A stretch of 64,000 nucleotides of DNA. It comes from Clostridia bacterium. GTDB taxonomy: Bacteria > Bacillota > Clostridia > UMGS1883. Below are positions 43,538-54,237 of this stretch, piece by piece. The translations under genes and the position numbers were made by a program. The notes under the pieces were generated by a model that saw nothing but the letters and a program-made list of their open reading frames with translations, had not been told where the DNA came from and did not search any database. Within the stretch, counting starts at the first letter, position 1, and each line of letters begins with the position of its first letter. The DNA lies in NCBI GenBank assembly GCA_030527235.1, contig JAUNBL010000005.1:9798-73797 (forward strand), written 5' to 3'.

Positions 43538-45901
43538 TCATATTGATTCGGCAAAACGCTTTATGTCCGATGCGTTTGCAAACTGCTTTGCCTCGCCGCC
43601 GTGAACGACAACAAGGGTGGGCGCCTGCCTTACGCCATAGGTTTGGGTGAGCGCACTGTTTTCCTCCGCGTCTATAATCGTGTAAGAAATCCCGTTTCCG
43701 TCAAGTGCGGATTTGGCAATACGACAGTTGGGGCAGGTCTTCGTTGTGAAAAGAAATATTCCGTCCCTATCGCCGCCTGAAACAGCCGTTTCCTCATCGC
43801 TCTTTTGTACGATGTGAGGTCTTAAAGCAGAGGTTTCAACGTTGTAAACCTTACGGCTTTTGTATTCCTCCGCCTTACCATCGTTCCAGTTCTGAACAGG
43901 GCGATAATAGCCCGTTATGCGGCTGTAAACCTCCGTGCTTTCGCCGCAGTCGGGACAGGTGAAGCACTCACCGGAAATATAGCCGTGATTTTTACAGACA
44001 GAATAAACAGGAGAAAGTGTATAATACGGCAGCTTATAGTTTTGCGCAATTTTGCGCACAAACTCCGCCGCTGATTTCCACGTAGGCATCTTTTCGCCCA
44101 AAAAGGCATGAAAGACAGTACCGGAGGTATACAGTGTCTGGAGTTCATCCTGAATATCAAGAGCCGCAAACACATCGTCCGTATATCCTACGGGGAGGTG
44201 AGAAGAATTCGTATAGTAAGGTGTTTTGCCCTTTTCCGATGCTGTAATTATATCGGGATAACGCTCAACATCATGCTTTGCGAGGCGGTATGTTGTAGAT
44301 TCCGCAGGCGTTGCCTCAAGATTGTAAAGGTCTCCGTATTCCTCCTGATAGTCTGCAAGGCGCTCACGCATATGATTGAGTACGTTCTTAGTAAATTTCT
44401 GTGCGTTTGCCTCGGTAAGGTCGCTCTTAAGCCACGAAGCGTTAAGACAAGCTTCGTTCATCCCCACGAGACCAATCGTGGAAAAGTGGTTTTCAAATGT
44501 GCCGAGATAGCGGCGGGTGTAGGGATACAGACCTTCTCCCAAAAGACGTGTTATAATCTCGCGTTTAACCTTGAGCGAGCGCGCTGAAATATCCATCATT
44601 CTGTCGAGCTTTTTGTAAAAGTCCTCTTCGTTCTCGGCAAGATAAGCAATGCGCGGCATATTGATAGTTACCACGCCGATGGAACCTGTGCTTTCACCGC
44701 TGCCGAAAAATCCGCCGGATTTTTTACGCAGCTCACGCAAATCGAGCCTCAGACGGCAGCACATGCTGCGCACATCGCTCGGAGCCATGTCGCTGTTAAT
44801 ATAGTTTGAAAAATATGGGGTGCCGTATTTAGCCGTCATCTCAAAGAGAAGGCGATTGTTTTCAGTGTCCGACCAATCAAAATCGTTGGTTATTGAATAC
44901 GTGGGGATGGGATATTGGAATCCTCTCCCATTTGCATCGCCTTCTATCATGGTTTCGATAAACGCCTTGTTTATCAAGTCCATCTCAGCCTGACAGTCCT
45001 TATAGCAAAAGTTCATTTCTTTGCCGCCCACAATTGCGGGAAGCTCCGCAAGGTCAGCAGGAACCACCCAGTCAAGCGTGATGTTGGAAAACGGAGCCTG
45101 AGTACCCCAGCGGCTGGGAGTGTTAACGCCGTACACGAAGGACTGGATGCAGTTTTTGACCTCATAGTAAGAGAGGTTATCCGTTTTTACAAACGGCGCA
45201 AGATACGTGTCAAACGACGAGAAAGCCTGCGCACCTGCCCACTCGTTCTGCATAATGCCGAGGAAGTTGACCATCTGGTTACACAGCGAAACAAGGTGTT
45301 TCGCCGGCGCAGACGTAATCTTGCCGGGGACTCCGCCGAGTCCCTCCATAATCAGCTGTTTAAGCGACCAGCCGGCGCAGTAGCCGGTGAGCATGGAAAG
45401 GTCGTGTATATGAATGTCCGCATTGCGGTGCGCGCTTGAAATCTCATCGTCGTAAATCTCTGAAAGCCAGTAATTGGCTGTAATCGCGCCGGAGTTGCTG
45501 AGGATAAGTCCGCCAACGGAGTACGTCACAGTGGAGTTTTCCTTCACTCGCCAGTCGGTAACCTTCACATAGCTGTCCACAAGCTGCTTATAGTCAAGAA
45601 GCGTGGACTTCATGTTTCTTATTCTCTCTCTCTGCTTGCGGTAGAGAATATAACACTTCGCAACGTCGGCATATCCCGCTTGAACGAGTACTGTTTCAAC
45701 GCTGTCCTGAATTTCCTCAACGCTGATAAGATTGTTTTTAATTTTATGTGCGTAGTCGGATGTTACTTTAAGCGCGAGCAAATCGATAATGTCGCTGTTA
45801 TACTGCTTTTCCATCGCGTCAAAAGCTTTGCTTATGGCCGCACTAATTTTGGAAATATTAAAATCAGCAATTCCTCCGTCACGTTTCGTTACCTGATACA
45901 T
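43538..45901 (-). CDS. nrdD: Anaerobic ribonucleoside-triphosphate reductase (class III) with C-terminal glutaredoxin/thioredoxin-fold extension
   Basis: It has an ATP-cone N-terminus, a Zn-ribbon (CFTCPDCG), and the glycyl-radical motif SRITGYY (Gly codon at 43910-43912). A linker of about 47 aa and a 74-aa domain with TCPNC (Cys codon at 43733-43735) follow. Confidence 0.9.
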   Translation of the reverse strand: MYQVTKRDGGIADFNISKISAAISKAFDAMEKQYNSDIIDLLALKVTSDYAHKIKNNLISVEEIQDSVETVLVQAGYADVAKCYILYRKQRERIRNMKSTLLDYKQLVDSYVKVTDWRVKENSTVTYSVGGLILSNSGAITANYWLSEIYDDEISSAHRNADIHIHDLSMLTGYCAGWSLKQLIMEGLGGVPGKITSAPAKHLVSLCNQMVNFLGIMQNEWAGAQAFSSFDTYLAPFVKTDNLSYYEVKNCIQSFVYGVNTPSRWGTQAPFSNITLDWVVPADLAELPAIVGGKEMNFCYKDCQAEMDLINKAFIETMIEGDANGRGFQYPIPTYSITNDFDWSDTENNRLLFEMTAKYGTPYFSNYINSDMAPSDVRSMCCRLRLDLRELRKKSGGFFGSGESTGSIGVVTINMPRIAYLAENEEDFYKKLDRMMDISARSLKVKREIITRLLGEGLYPYTRRYLGTFENHFSTIGLVGMNEACLNASWLKSDLTEANAQKFTKNVLNHMRERLADYQEEYGDLYNLEATPAESTTYRLAKHDVERYPDIITASEKGKTPYYTNSSHLPVGYTDDVFAALDIQDELQTLYTSGTVFHAFLGEKMPTWKSAAEFVRKIAQNYKLPYYTLSPVYSVCKNHGYISGECFTCPDCGESTEVYSRITGYYRPVQNWNDGKAEEYKSRKVYNVETSALRPHIVQKSDEETAVSGGDRDGIFLFTTKTCPNCRIAKSALDGNGISYTIIDAEENSALTQTYGVRQAPTLVVVHGGEAKQFANASDIKRFAESI

Positions 45902-45938
45902 TGTCCATCAATCCCCTTTGGTATATTAAAATAGTCTC

Positions 45939-46628
45939 TTAAGTTTCCCTCAAATATACGTTTTTGACATATGGCGCTGCAATCTCTAAAAATTCACGCA
46001 TCTGCGACAGCGAAAAAGCCGAAAGCCCTGCCGGCGCAAGTATATCCGGAGACGCTGCAAAAGATTGCAAAAAATAACGTTCCGCACCGCAAATAAGCTC
46101 TGCCGCACCTCTAATGCTCTCTTTGGTGTGCAGCGGACGTACCAGCGTGGTGCGAAATTCGTATCTAACAGTGTTTTTAAGCAAAAGTTCCACGCTCTCT
46201 CTTATCGGCGTGGTATCAAAATCCGCCTTGCCGACAACCTTACCATACTCGGCGAGCGAACTTTTAATGTCCATCGCAACATAATCCAAAAGATTATCTT
46301 CCAGCATCTGCGCAAGCGCTTTCGGAAATGAGCCGTTTGTATCAAGCTTCACAAGATAGCCCATGTCCTTCACTCTGGTGATAAAGCTTAATAAATCTGT
46401 TTGCATAAGCGGCTCTCCACCGCTTATGCAAACAGCGTCCAAAACGCCTCGCCTTCTCTCCAAATAAGCAAAGATATTTTCTAAGCTTATTACCCCTCTA
46501 ATACTGGAAATAAGTGAAGCGTTGTGGCAAAATGGGCATCGCATATTGCAACCCCCGGTAAATATCGTACATGCCACCTTCTCCGGAAAATCAAGCAGAG
46601 TAACCTTCTGCAATCCGCAAATGTGCAC
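45939..46628 (-). CDS. nrdG: Anaerobic RNR activating protein (radical SAM)
   Basis: GGCNMRCPFCHN is a CxxxCxxC motif. The GTG start follows GGAGGG. It lies directly upstream of nrdD. Confidence 0.9.
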   Translation of the reverse strand: MHICGLQKVTLLDFPEKVACTIFTGGCNMRCPFCHNASLISSIRGVISLENIFAYLERRRGVLDAVCISGGEPLMQTDLLSFITRVKDMGYLVKLDTNGSFPKALAQMLEDNLLDYVAMDIKSSLAEYGKVVGKADFDTTPIRESVELLLKNTVRYEFRTTLVRPLHTKESIRGAAELICGAERYFLQSFAASPDILAPAGLSAFSLSQMREFLEIAAPYVKNVYLRET

Positions 46629-46676
46629 GAGCCAGCCCTCCGTAAAGACAAAAGCAAGATGACTTTGTTATGATTC

Positions 46677-46724
46677 ACACAACATCTTGTACATAGTATA
46701 ACGCAAAAACACTAAATATGCAAC
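46677..46724. promoter_or_regulatory. Two NrdR-box-like sites 32 bp apart
   Basis: ACACAACATCTTGTAC (46677-46692) matches the consensus acaCwAtATaTwGtgt at 12 of 16 positions. ACACTAAATATGCAAC (46709-46724) matches at 10 of 16. The sites overlap the +1 region and the -35 of the nrdGD promoter. Confidence 0.5.
46695..46723 (-). promoter_or_regulatory. Promoter of nrdG-nrdD
   Basis: The minus strand reads TTGCAT, 17-nt spacer, TATACT. Confidence 0.6.
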
Positions 46725-46805
46725 TGTAAAAGCATACAATTTTACAACAATATTTTTGTTAAATATGCCATATTGACAAACATATTATTCTGTGATGGTG
46801 AAAAA

Positions 46806-46835
46806 AATATCCGCGATATTGCTATCGCGGATATT
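46806..46835. terminator. Terminator after pyrG
   Basis: A 12-bp stem, ATATCCGCGATA / TATCGCGGATAT, flanked by A7 and T6. Confidence 0.7.
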
Positions 46836-46837
46836 TT

Positions 46838-48466
<1,629 letters not shown>

Positions 48467-48515
48467 TTAATTCATACTCAAATATTTTACACCATAAAAC
48501 TCAATTTTACAATAG

Positions 48516-49685
48516 CTATTTTCGTCTTTGTGCAACAAATTTTGCGATTCGGGAGAGAGCCTCTTCAATATTTTCTATGGAGTATGCGTAGCTGCAGCGA
48601 ATGAATCCGGCGCCGCTTTCCCCGAACGCGGTACCCGGCACAACCGCTACTTTTTGTGAATTCAGAAGCTCGCTGGCAAACTGCTCGCTTGTAAGATTTG
48701 TAGAGGTTATGTTCGGGAACATATAAAACGCACCTCGCGGCTCAAAACAGCTAAGCCCCATCTCCCGAAAACCCTTTAGCATGACACGCCGGCGATAGTT
48801 GTATTCAGTGCGCATCGCAGCAACATCCTCGTCACAGTTTCGCATTGCCTCAATCGCGGCGAATTGACTTGTCGTGGGCGCACACATAATGGCGTATTGG
48901 TGAAGCTTGGTCATAATTGATATGATTTCCTCTGGGCCTTGCGCGTATCCAAGCCGCCAGCCGGTCATCGCAAACGCTTTTGAAAAGCCGTTCACCGTAA
49001 CGGTGCGTCCGCGCATCCCTTTAATTGTGGCGAATGAAACGTGGTTTTCACCATACGTAAGCTCCGCGTATATCTCATCAGAAAGGACAAAAATATTGGT
49101 CTTTCTAAGCACATCTGCTATTGCCTCCAGGTCGCTGCGCTCCATGACTGCGCCTGTGGGGTTGTTCGGAAAAGGTAAAATGAGGAGCTTTGTCTTGTCG
49201 GTAATCGCGGCGGCAAGTTTTTGAGCCGTAAGCTTAAACTGGTCCTTTTCCTCTGTTACTATGCCTACGGCCTTTGCGCCGGCCATTACAGAGCACGGTC
49301 GATAGCACACAAACGAAGGCTCCGGAATAAGCACTTCGTCGCCTTCTTGAACTACTGCACGAATCATAAGGTCTATTGCCTCGCTCCCGCCCACGGTGAT
49401 AAGTGTTTCACGCGCTGCATCGTAATCGAGAGAGAAACGGCGCTTTCCGTAGGCGCAGATTTCCTGTCTGAGTTCAAGCAACCCTGAGTTTGACGTGTAG
49501 TATGTGTGCCCTTTTTCAAGCGAATATATGCCCGCTTCGCGAATTGCCCACGGCGTAACAAAGTCAGGCTCGCCAACGCCGAGAGAAATTGCGTCTTTCA
49601 TTTCGGAAACAATATCAAAAAACTTACGTATCCCCGACGGGGGAAGAGAATGTGCGACGGGATTTATCTTTGAGTAATCAATCAT
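48516..49685 (-). CDS. Class I/II PLP-dependent aminotransferase (AlaT/AspC-like)
   Basis: NGFSKAFAMTGWRLGY is the PLP-lysine motif. It is coupled (ATGA overlap) to an upstream Lrp/AsnC regulator, resembling B. subtilis alaR-alaT. Confidence 0.8.
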   Translation of the reverse strand: MIDYSKINPVAHSLPPSGIRKFFDIVSEMKDAISLGVGEPDFVTPWAIREAGIYSLEKGHTYYTSNSGLLELRQEICAYGKRRFSLDYDAARETLITVGGSEAIDLMIRAVVQEGDEVLIPEPSFVCYRPCSVMAGAKAVGIVTEEKDQFKLTAQKLAAAITDKTKLLILPFPNNPTGAVMERSDLEAIADVLRKTNIFVLSDEIYAELTYGENHVSFATIKGMRGRTVTVNGFSKAFAMTGWRLGYAQGPEEIISIMTKLHQYAIMCAPTTSQFAAIEAMRNCDEDVAAMRTEYNYRRRVMLKGFREMGLSCFEPRGAFYMFPNITSTNLTSEQFASELLNSQKVAVVPGTAFGESGAGFIRCSYAYSIENIEEALSRIAKFVAQRRK

Positions 49686-50164
49686 AGCGTAATAACCTCT
49701 CTTTGGTCTTTTTCATCAGAGGCAAAGACAACACCATCCTTTTTATACGTCTTAAGAATAAAGTGCGTTGCCGTGGAAATGACTGATTCCATCGGCGCAA
49801 GCTTGCTCGAAACGAACATAGCTACGTCTTGCAGCGTTTTACCTTCTACGATTAGAAGCAAATCAAACGCGCCGGACATAAGCGTAACAGAGCGCACCTG
49901 CGGATACTTATATATCCGCTCCGCAACCTTGTCAAAGCCTTCACCGCGCTGAGGCGTAATTTTAAGTTCTATATACGCCATGATGGAATTGCTCTCTATT
50001 TTTTCCCAGTTGACCATCGCGCGGTAGCCCAGAATAATTTTCTCATCTTCAAGGCGGCGAATTTCTTCTGCTACTTTCTCTTTTGGCATATCAAGCATCA
50101 CGGCAAGCTCGTCCGCACTCTTGCGCCCGTCACGTTCAAGCAATGAAAGTATTTCTTTTTCCAT
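49682..50164 (-). CDS. Lrp/AsnC-family transcriptional regulator (AlaR-like)
   Basis: It has an HTH_AsnC N-terminus (ILSLLERDGRKSADELAVMLDMP) and a RAM-type C-domain. The ATG at 50164 follows GGGGTG. Confidence 0.8.
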   Translation of the reverse strand: MEKEILSLLERDGRKSADELAVMLDMPKEKVAEEIRRLEDEKIILGYRAMVNWEKIESNSIMAYIELKITPQRGEGFDKVAERIYKYPQVRSVTLMSGAFDLLLIVEGKTLQDVAMFVSSKLAPMESVISTATHFILKTYKKDGVVFASDEKDQREVITL

Positions 50165-50273
50165 TGAAAACACCCCGCAAAAAATATTTGCTAATATTAT
50201 ATATCATGCGGAATTAAAAATCCACACTTTTGAAAAACTTTTGTGAAAAGAAATTTTTAATCTGTTGCAGCTA

Positions 50274-50302
50274 TTGACAAACGAATGTTTTTGGAATATA
50301 AA
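50274..50302 (+). promoter_or_regulatory. Candidate promoter
   Basis: TTGACA, 17-nt spacer, TATAAA. Confidence 0.45.
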
Positions 50303-50339
50303 TACAAAGTACAGTTTTTAATAAAGAATGGTGAATTGC

Positions 50340-50867
50340 ATGGAAAATAACACAATATCGACGGCGCGCGGCGAAACTGCGGTAGTGTTTTTATATATTG
50401 ATGAAAACGGCGAATATGTTTTTCTGCCGGCGAGCATAGGCAGCGGGCGGGAAAATGACGAGCATAACGAGGACGCTTACCTTCCGGCGCTGTTTCCGTT
50501 GTACATGGACCCTTCTTCGGAATTTGAAAAGCTGAAAACTGTCATAGACATCATGCTATACAAGTGCAATCATTTTGCTCCTTACATAGAAGAAAAACAC
50601 GGCGGCGTTCCGCTGGAAAACCATCTTTTTTCGGCGCAGGCGGGCAGAAGCGTAATATGCGGCAAGAAAAAATATGTGCTTTGCGTCAACGGAACGCGAG
50701 GCACATATATAGATCGGTTTAAGGCAGGACGGGGTTTTGTGCGGGACAAGACCGTCCGGCTTCCGGAAAAAAGCGGCGCCGAGGAGTTCGCAAATGCAAT
50801 TATGAAAATGCAAGGCGGTGCGGAAAATAAAAGGGAGGCAGTTTCCAATGCGTTCGAGAAAAATTGA
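50340..50867 (+). CDS. Hypothetical protein (175 aa)
   Basis: The ORF has GGTGA 5 nt upstream of the ATG at 50340 (the ORF-track start at 50328 is also possible). No family recognised. It overlaps the downstream AraC-type gene by 20 nt. Confidence 0.45.
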   Translation: MENNTISTARGETAVVFLYIDENGEYVFLPASIGSGRENDEHNEDAYLPALFPLYMDPSSEFEKLKTVIDIMLYKCNHFAPYIEEKHGGVPLENHLFSAQAGRSVICGKKKYVLCVNGTRGTYIDRFKAGRGFVRDKTVRLPEKSGAEEFANAIMKMQGGAENKREAVSNAFEKN

Positions 50868-51363
50868 AAGACAATCTCAGCTTGAAAGCTTTTTGAAGGG
50901 CATTCTCGCCTGTATGCAACAAAAACAGCCGGCGGCAACTCCACTTCCGCTGATAGGTCATGTTTGCCGCTATGTAGCCAACAATATTACGGACTGCAAT
51001 ATTTCCGTGGCTTCGGTGGCGGAACATTTCGGTGTCCCCCAGACAAGGCCGGCAACGCACTTTGTTAAGGAATGCGGCATGCCGCTTTATGAATATATTC
51101 AAACGCTGCGGATGGAACTTATAAAGCATTTCCTGCGCCAAGGTGAAACAGATATGGAGAGTATTGCAAGAAAGAGCGGGTTTTTCAGCGCAGAAGAGCT
51201 GCCGCGAAGCTTTTACAGGGAAAACGCTATGTTTCCGGGGCGGTACAGGCGTCTCGTGGGCATGGCGTACGGAGAAAAGATGCGCGGGGTGCCGCTTCAG
51301 CTAAGGCTGTCCGAAAGCGAAATACCTGTGTGGAGATATATAAACAACAAAAAGTATTTTTGA
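50848..51363 (+). CDS. AraC-family HTH domain protein lacking a recognisable sensor domain
   Basis: ISVASVAEHFGV...YIQTLRMELIKHFL...MESIARKSGFFSAEELPRSF is an HTH_18-type double HTH. GGGAGG lies 9 nt upstream of the ATG at 50848. Confidence 0.6.
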   Translation: MRSRKIERQSQLESFLKGILACMQQKQPAATPLPLIGHVCRYVANNITDCNISVASVAEHFGVPQTRPATHFVKECGMPLYEYIQTLRMELIKHFLRQGETDMESIARKSGFFSAEELPRSFYRENAMFPGRYRRLVGMAYGEKMRGVPLQLRLSESEIPVWRYINNKKYF

Positions 51364-51405
51364 AAAGACATGGAGTTGTCACTGATGCAGGTGGGCAAAA
51401 AGTGA

Positions 51406-51434
51406 TTGACAAGGTTCTGTTTTTCAAGTATAAT
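51406..51434 (+). promoter_or_regulatory. Consensus sigma-A promoter of proS
   Basis: TTGACA, 17-nt spacer, TATAAT. Confidence 0.65.
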
Positions 51435-51465
51435 ATAGCTTAATTTCAGGAAAGAAGGAACGACA

Positions 51466-52902
51466 ATGGCTGAAAACACAAAACTGGTTGAAGAAATAAC
51501 CTCGCGCGATGTGGATTTTGCCCAGTGGTATACAGACATAGTCCGTAAGGCAGAACTGGCAGATTATTCATCTGTACGCGGGTGTATGATAGTTCGTCCT
51601 TACGGATACGCCGTTTGGGAAAACATTCAAAATGAGCTTGACAGGCGTTTTAAGGAAACAGGCCATGAAAACGTGTATATGCCGCTGCTCATTCCCGAAA
51701 GCCTGCTTGACAAGGAGAAAGAGCATGTGGAGGGCTTTGCGCCCGAAGTTGCCTGGGTGACTCACGGCGGCAGCGAAAAACTTGCTGAAAGACTTTGCAT
51801 TCGCCCCACTTCGGAGACTGTTTTTTGCGACCACTATAAAAACATAATACACTCTTACCGCGACTTACCCAAGCTTTATAACCAATGGTGCAGCGTTATG
51901 CGCTGGGAAAAAACCACGCGCCCGTTTTTGCGTACGGCGGAATTCTTGTGGCAGGAAGGTCATACCATGCACGCTACAGCGCAGGAGGCGGAGGAAGAGA
52001 CGCTGCAAATGCTTAACATCTATGCGGATTTTGCCCGTGAGTACCTTGCAATTCCCGTAATAAAAGGCAAAAAAACCGATAAGGAAAAATTCGCCGGAGC
52101 GCTGGCCACATATACAATGGAAGCGATGATGCACGACGGCAAAGCGCTCCAGAGCGCCACGTCCCATTATTTTGGCGACGGTTTTGCAAAGGCGTTCGGA
52201 GTTGAGTTTACTGACCGCGATAATTTGCTTAAAACGCCGCATGAGACATCATGGGGGATGTCTACCAGAATCATAGGCGCCATCATCATGGTACACGGAG
52301 ATGACAATGGACTCATATTGCCGCCCATGATTGCGCCCGTTCAGCTCATGATTGTTCCGATTATGATGCACAAGGAGGGCGTTTTTGAAAAGGCACAGGA
52401 GCTTTTGAAGCGCGCATCCTCAATCTGTCGTGCCAAAGCGGATTTTTCCGATAAAACACCGGGCTGGAAATTCTCGGAATGCGAAATGAAGGGAATTCCG
52501 CTCAGACTTGAAATCGGTCCCAAAGATATTGAACAAGACCGCTGCGTGCTTGTGCGCAGAGATACTCGCGAGAAGTATTTTGTTGCGTTAAGCGACCTTG
52601 AAACGGAGATTCCGAAAATACTGGCTCTTATCCAGCAAAGCATGTATGATGCTGCAAAGGAAAGCCTTGATTGCCGTATTTACGATGCATCTTCTGAAGA
52701 CGAACTCAAAGAGCTTGCTGCCTCAAAGCCGGGATTTTACCGTGCCCTCTGGTGTGGCAGCGAAGATTGTGAAAACGCACTTAAGGAAAGCGCCGGTATC
52801 ACCAGCCGCTGTCTGCCCTTTGAAGGACATCTGCCTAAAGGGAAATGCGTATGCTGCCAAAAAGATGCCGATAAAACTGTGTACTGGGGCAAAGCGTATT
52901 AA
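51466..52902 (+). CDS. proS: Proline--tRNA ligase (archaeal/eukaryote-like short form without INS editing domain)
   Basis: [30 protein letters not shown] is class II ProRS. The 478-aa length and the C-terminal Cys-rich (probably Zn-binding) segment are typical of the short form. Confidence 0.9.
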   Translation: MAENTKLVEEITSRDVDFAQWYTDIVRKAELADYSSVRGCMIVRPYGYAVWENIQNELDRRFKETGHENVYMPLLIPESLLDKEKEHVEGFAPEVAWVTHGGSEKLAERLCIRPTSETVFCDHYKNIIHSYRDLPKLYNQWCSVMRWEKTTRPFLRTAEFLWQEGHTMHATAQEAEEETLQMLNIYADFAREYLAIPVIKGKKTDKEKFAGALATYTMEAMMHDGKALQSATSHYFGDGFAKAFGVEFTDRDNLLKTPHETSWGMSTRIIGAIIMVHGDDNGLILPPMIAPVQLMIVPIMMHKEGVFEKAQELLKRASSICRAKADFSDKTPGWKFSECEMKGIPLRLEIGPKDIEQDRCVLVRRDTREKYFVALSDLETEIPKILALIQQSMYDAAKESLDCRIYDASSEDELKELAASKPGFYRALWCGSEDCENALKESAGITSRCLPFEGHLPKGKCVCCQKDADKTVYWGKAY

Positions 52903-52934
52903 ATCCAACGGCTTTTTAATTGGCGTTTGCACAC

Positions 52935-52976
52935 AAAAAAGGAGCGCACGAATCAGTTTTCGTGCGCTCCCTTTTC
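52935..52976. terminator. Bidirectional terminator between proS and ppa
   Basis: A perfect 10-bp stem, GGAGCGCACG / CGTGCGCTCC, flanked by A6 and a T-rich run. Confidence 0.65.
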
Positions 52977-52982
52977 ATTTGG

Positions 52983-53516
52983 CTATTTATTAAATTTAAC
53001 CTTATACGCAGCAAGAGATTTATCGATTATAGACTCCGCTTCTTTCCTGCCAAGAATTTCTTTTATTGCAGTTTCTTTATTTTCAAGGAATTTATAAACC
53101 TCGAAGAAATGGGAAATCTCTTTGAAGATATGCTCGGGCAGCTGCGTCAAATCACGGTATCCCGAATATGTGGGGTCGTGAAACGGAATGGCAATAATCT
53201 TCTCGTCCACCTCTCCACCGTCTATCATTTTGATAACTCCTATAGGATAGCACTGCACCAGCACAAGCGCGCCTATCTGTTCCTGGCACAACACAAGCAC
53301 GTCAAGCGGGTCGTTATCCTCCGCATATGTCAAAGGGATAAAGCCGTAATTTGCCGGATAATGAGTTGAGGTATAAAGCACACGGTCAAGGCGCAGCATT
53401 CCCGTTTCTTTATCAAGCTCATACTTGTTTTTACAGCCTTGCGTTATCTCTATCACCGCCACAAAATCATCTCTTGTGACCCTTTCCGGTGAAATATCAT
53501 GCCAAATGTTAAACAT
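52983..53516 (-). CDS. ppa: Inorganic pyrophosphatase (family I)
   Basis: NKYELDKETG...YPANYGFIP...DNDPLDVLVL. Confidence 0.9.
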   Translation of the reverse strand: MFNIWHDISPERVTRDDFVAVIEITQGCKNKYELDKETGMLRLDRVLYTSTHYPANYGFIPLTYAEDNDPLDVLVLCQEQIGALVLVQCYPIGVIKMIDGGEVDEKIIAIPFHDPTYSGYRDLTQLPEHIFKEISHFFEVYKFLENKETAIKEILGRKEAESIIDKSLAAYKVKFNK

Positions 53517-53526
53517 AGTTTTATCC

Positions 53527-54192
53527 TCACTGTTTCAATTTATTTATTGCCTTTTTCTCTATGCGGCTCACATATGAGCGGCTTATTCCCAAAAGCCTCG
53601 CCACCTCGCGCTGGGTAAGCGTTGCGGCGCCGGAAAGTCCGTATCTAAGGCGCAAAACCTGCTTCTCCCTGTCATCAAGCAACGCGCGTATTTTTGAGTA
53701 TATCCTGCTTACCATATTGCGCGTATCAAGCTTGCCTTCAATATCCTCCGAATCGGACTGTAAAACCTCCATCAAGCTCACCTCGTTGCCCTCTCCGTCA
53801 AATCCGATTGGCTCCTGGAGTGAGACCTGGTTTGCAAACTTCTTATCGTGGCGCAGCGACATAAGTATTTCATTTTCTACACATCTGGCAGCATACGTGG
53901 CAAGCCGAGTGTTTTTGTCTGCGTCAAACGACATTATGCCCTTTATCAGCCCTATGGTGCCTATGGAAATCAAATCGTCGTTATCCATAGTCCCCGAATA
54001 CTTCTTGACTATGTGCGCCACAAGGCGCAGGTTGTGTTCAATCAGCGTATTTCGCGCCTCATTATCACCGTTTTTATAACGAGTCAGGCACTCGCTTTCC
54101 TCAGCCTCGGAAAGCGGTTTCGGGAAATTTCCGCCAACCTGCCCTACAAGGGGCAAAAGGCATAAAATGTAGTTTATAAACCAATACAGCAT
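53527..54192 (-). CDS. sigK: Sporulation sigma factor K (pro-sigma-K), uninterrupted
   Basis: It has a hydrophobic pro-sequence, then FPKPLSEAEE...ARNTLIEHNLRLVAHIVKKY...LISIGTIGLIKG...ATYAARCVENEILM, closely matching B. subtilis SigK. The ATG at 54192 follows GGAGGG. Confidence 0.85.
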   Translation of the reverse strand: MLYWFINYILCLLPLVGQVGGNFPKPLSEAEESECLTRYKNGDNEARNTLIEHNLRLVAHIVKKYSGTMDNDDLISIGTIGLIKGIMSFDADKNTRLATYAARCVENEILMSLRHDKKFANQVSLQEPIGFDGEGNEVSLMEVLQSDSEDIEGKLDTRNMVSRIYSKIRALLDDREKQVLRLRYGLSGAATLTQREVARLLGISRSYVSRIEKKAINKLKQ

Positions 54193-54237
54193 ATAATCCC
54201 TCCGAAGCACTCAAATCTATGCTTCAAATATATGCTG

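Noticed and set aside
51364-51465. T-box leader upstream of proS (also considered for gltX)
   Set aside because: The leader is only about 30 nt after a consensus promoter, with no specifier hairpin or T-box sequence. gltX has only 12 nt upstream.
53527-54192. A skin-like intervening element or split in sigK
   Set aside because: The ORF is continuous from the pro-sequence to region 4. No interruption is present.
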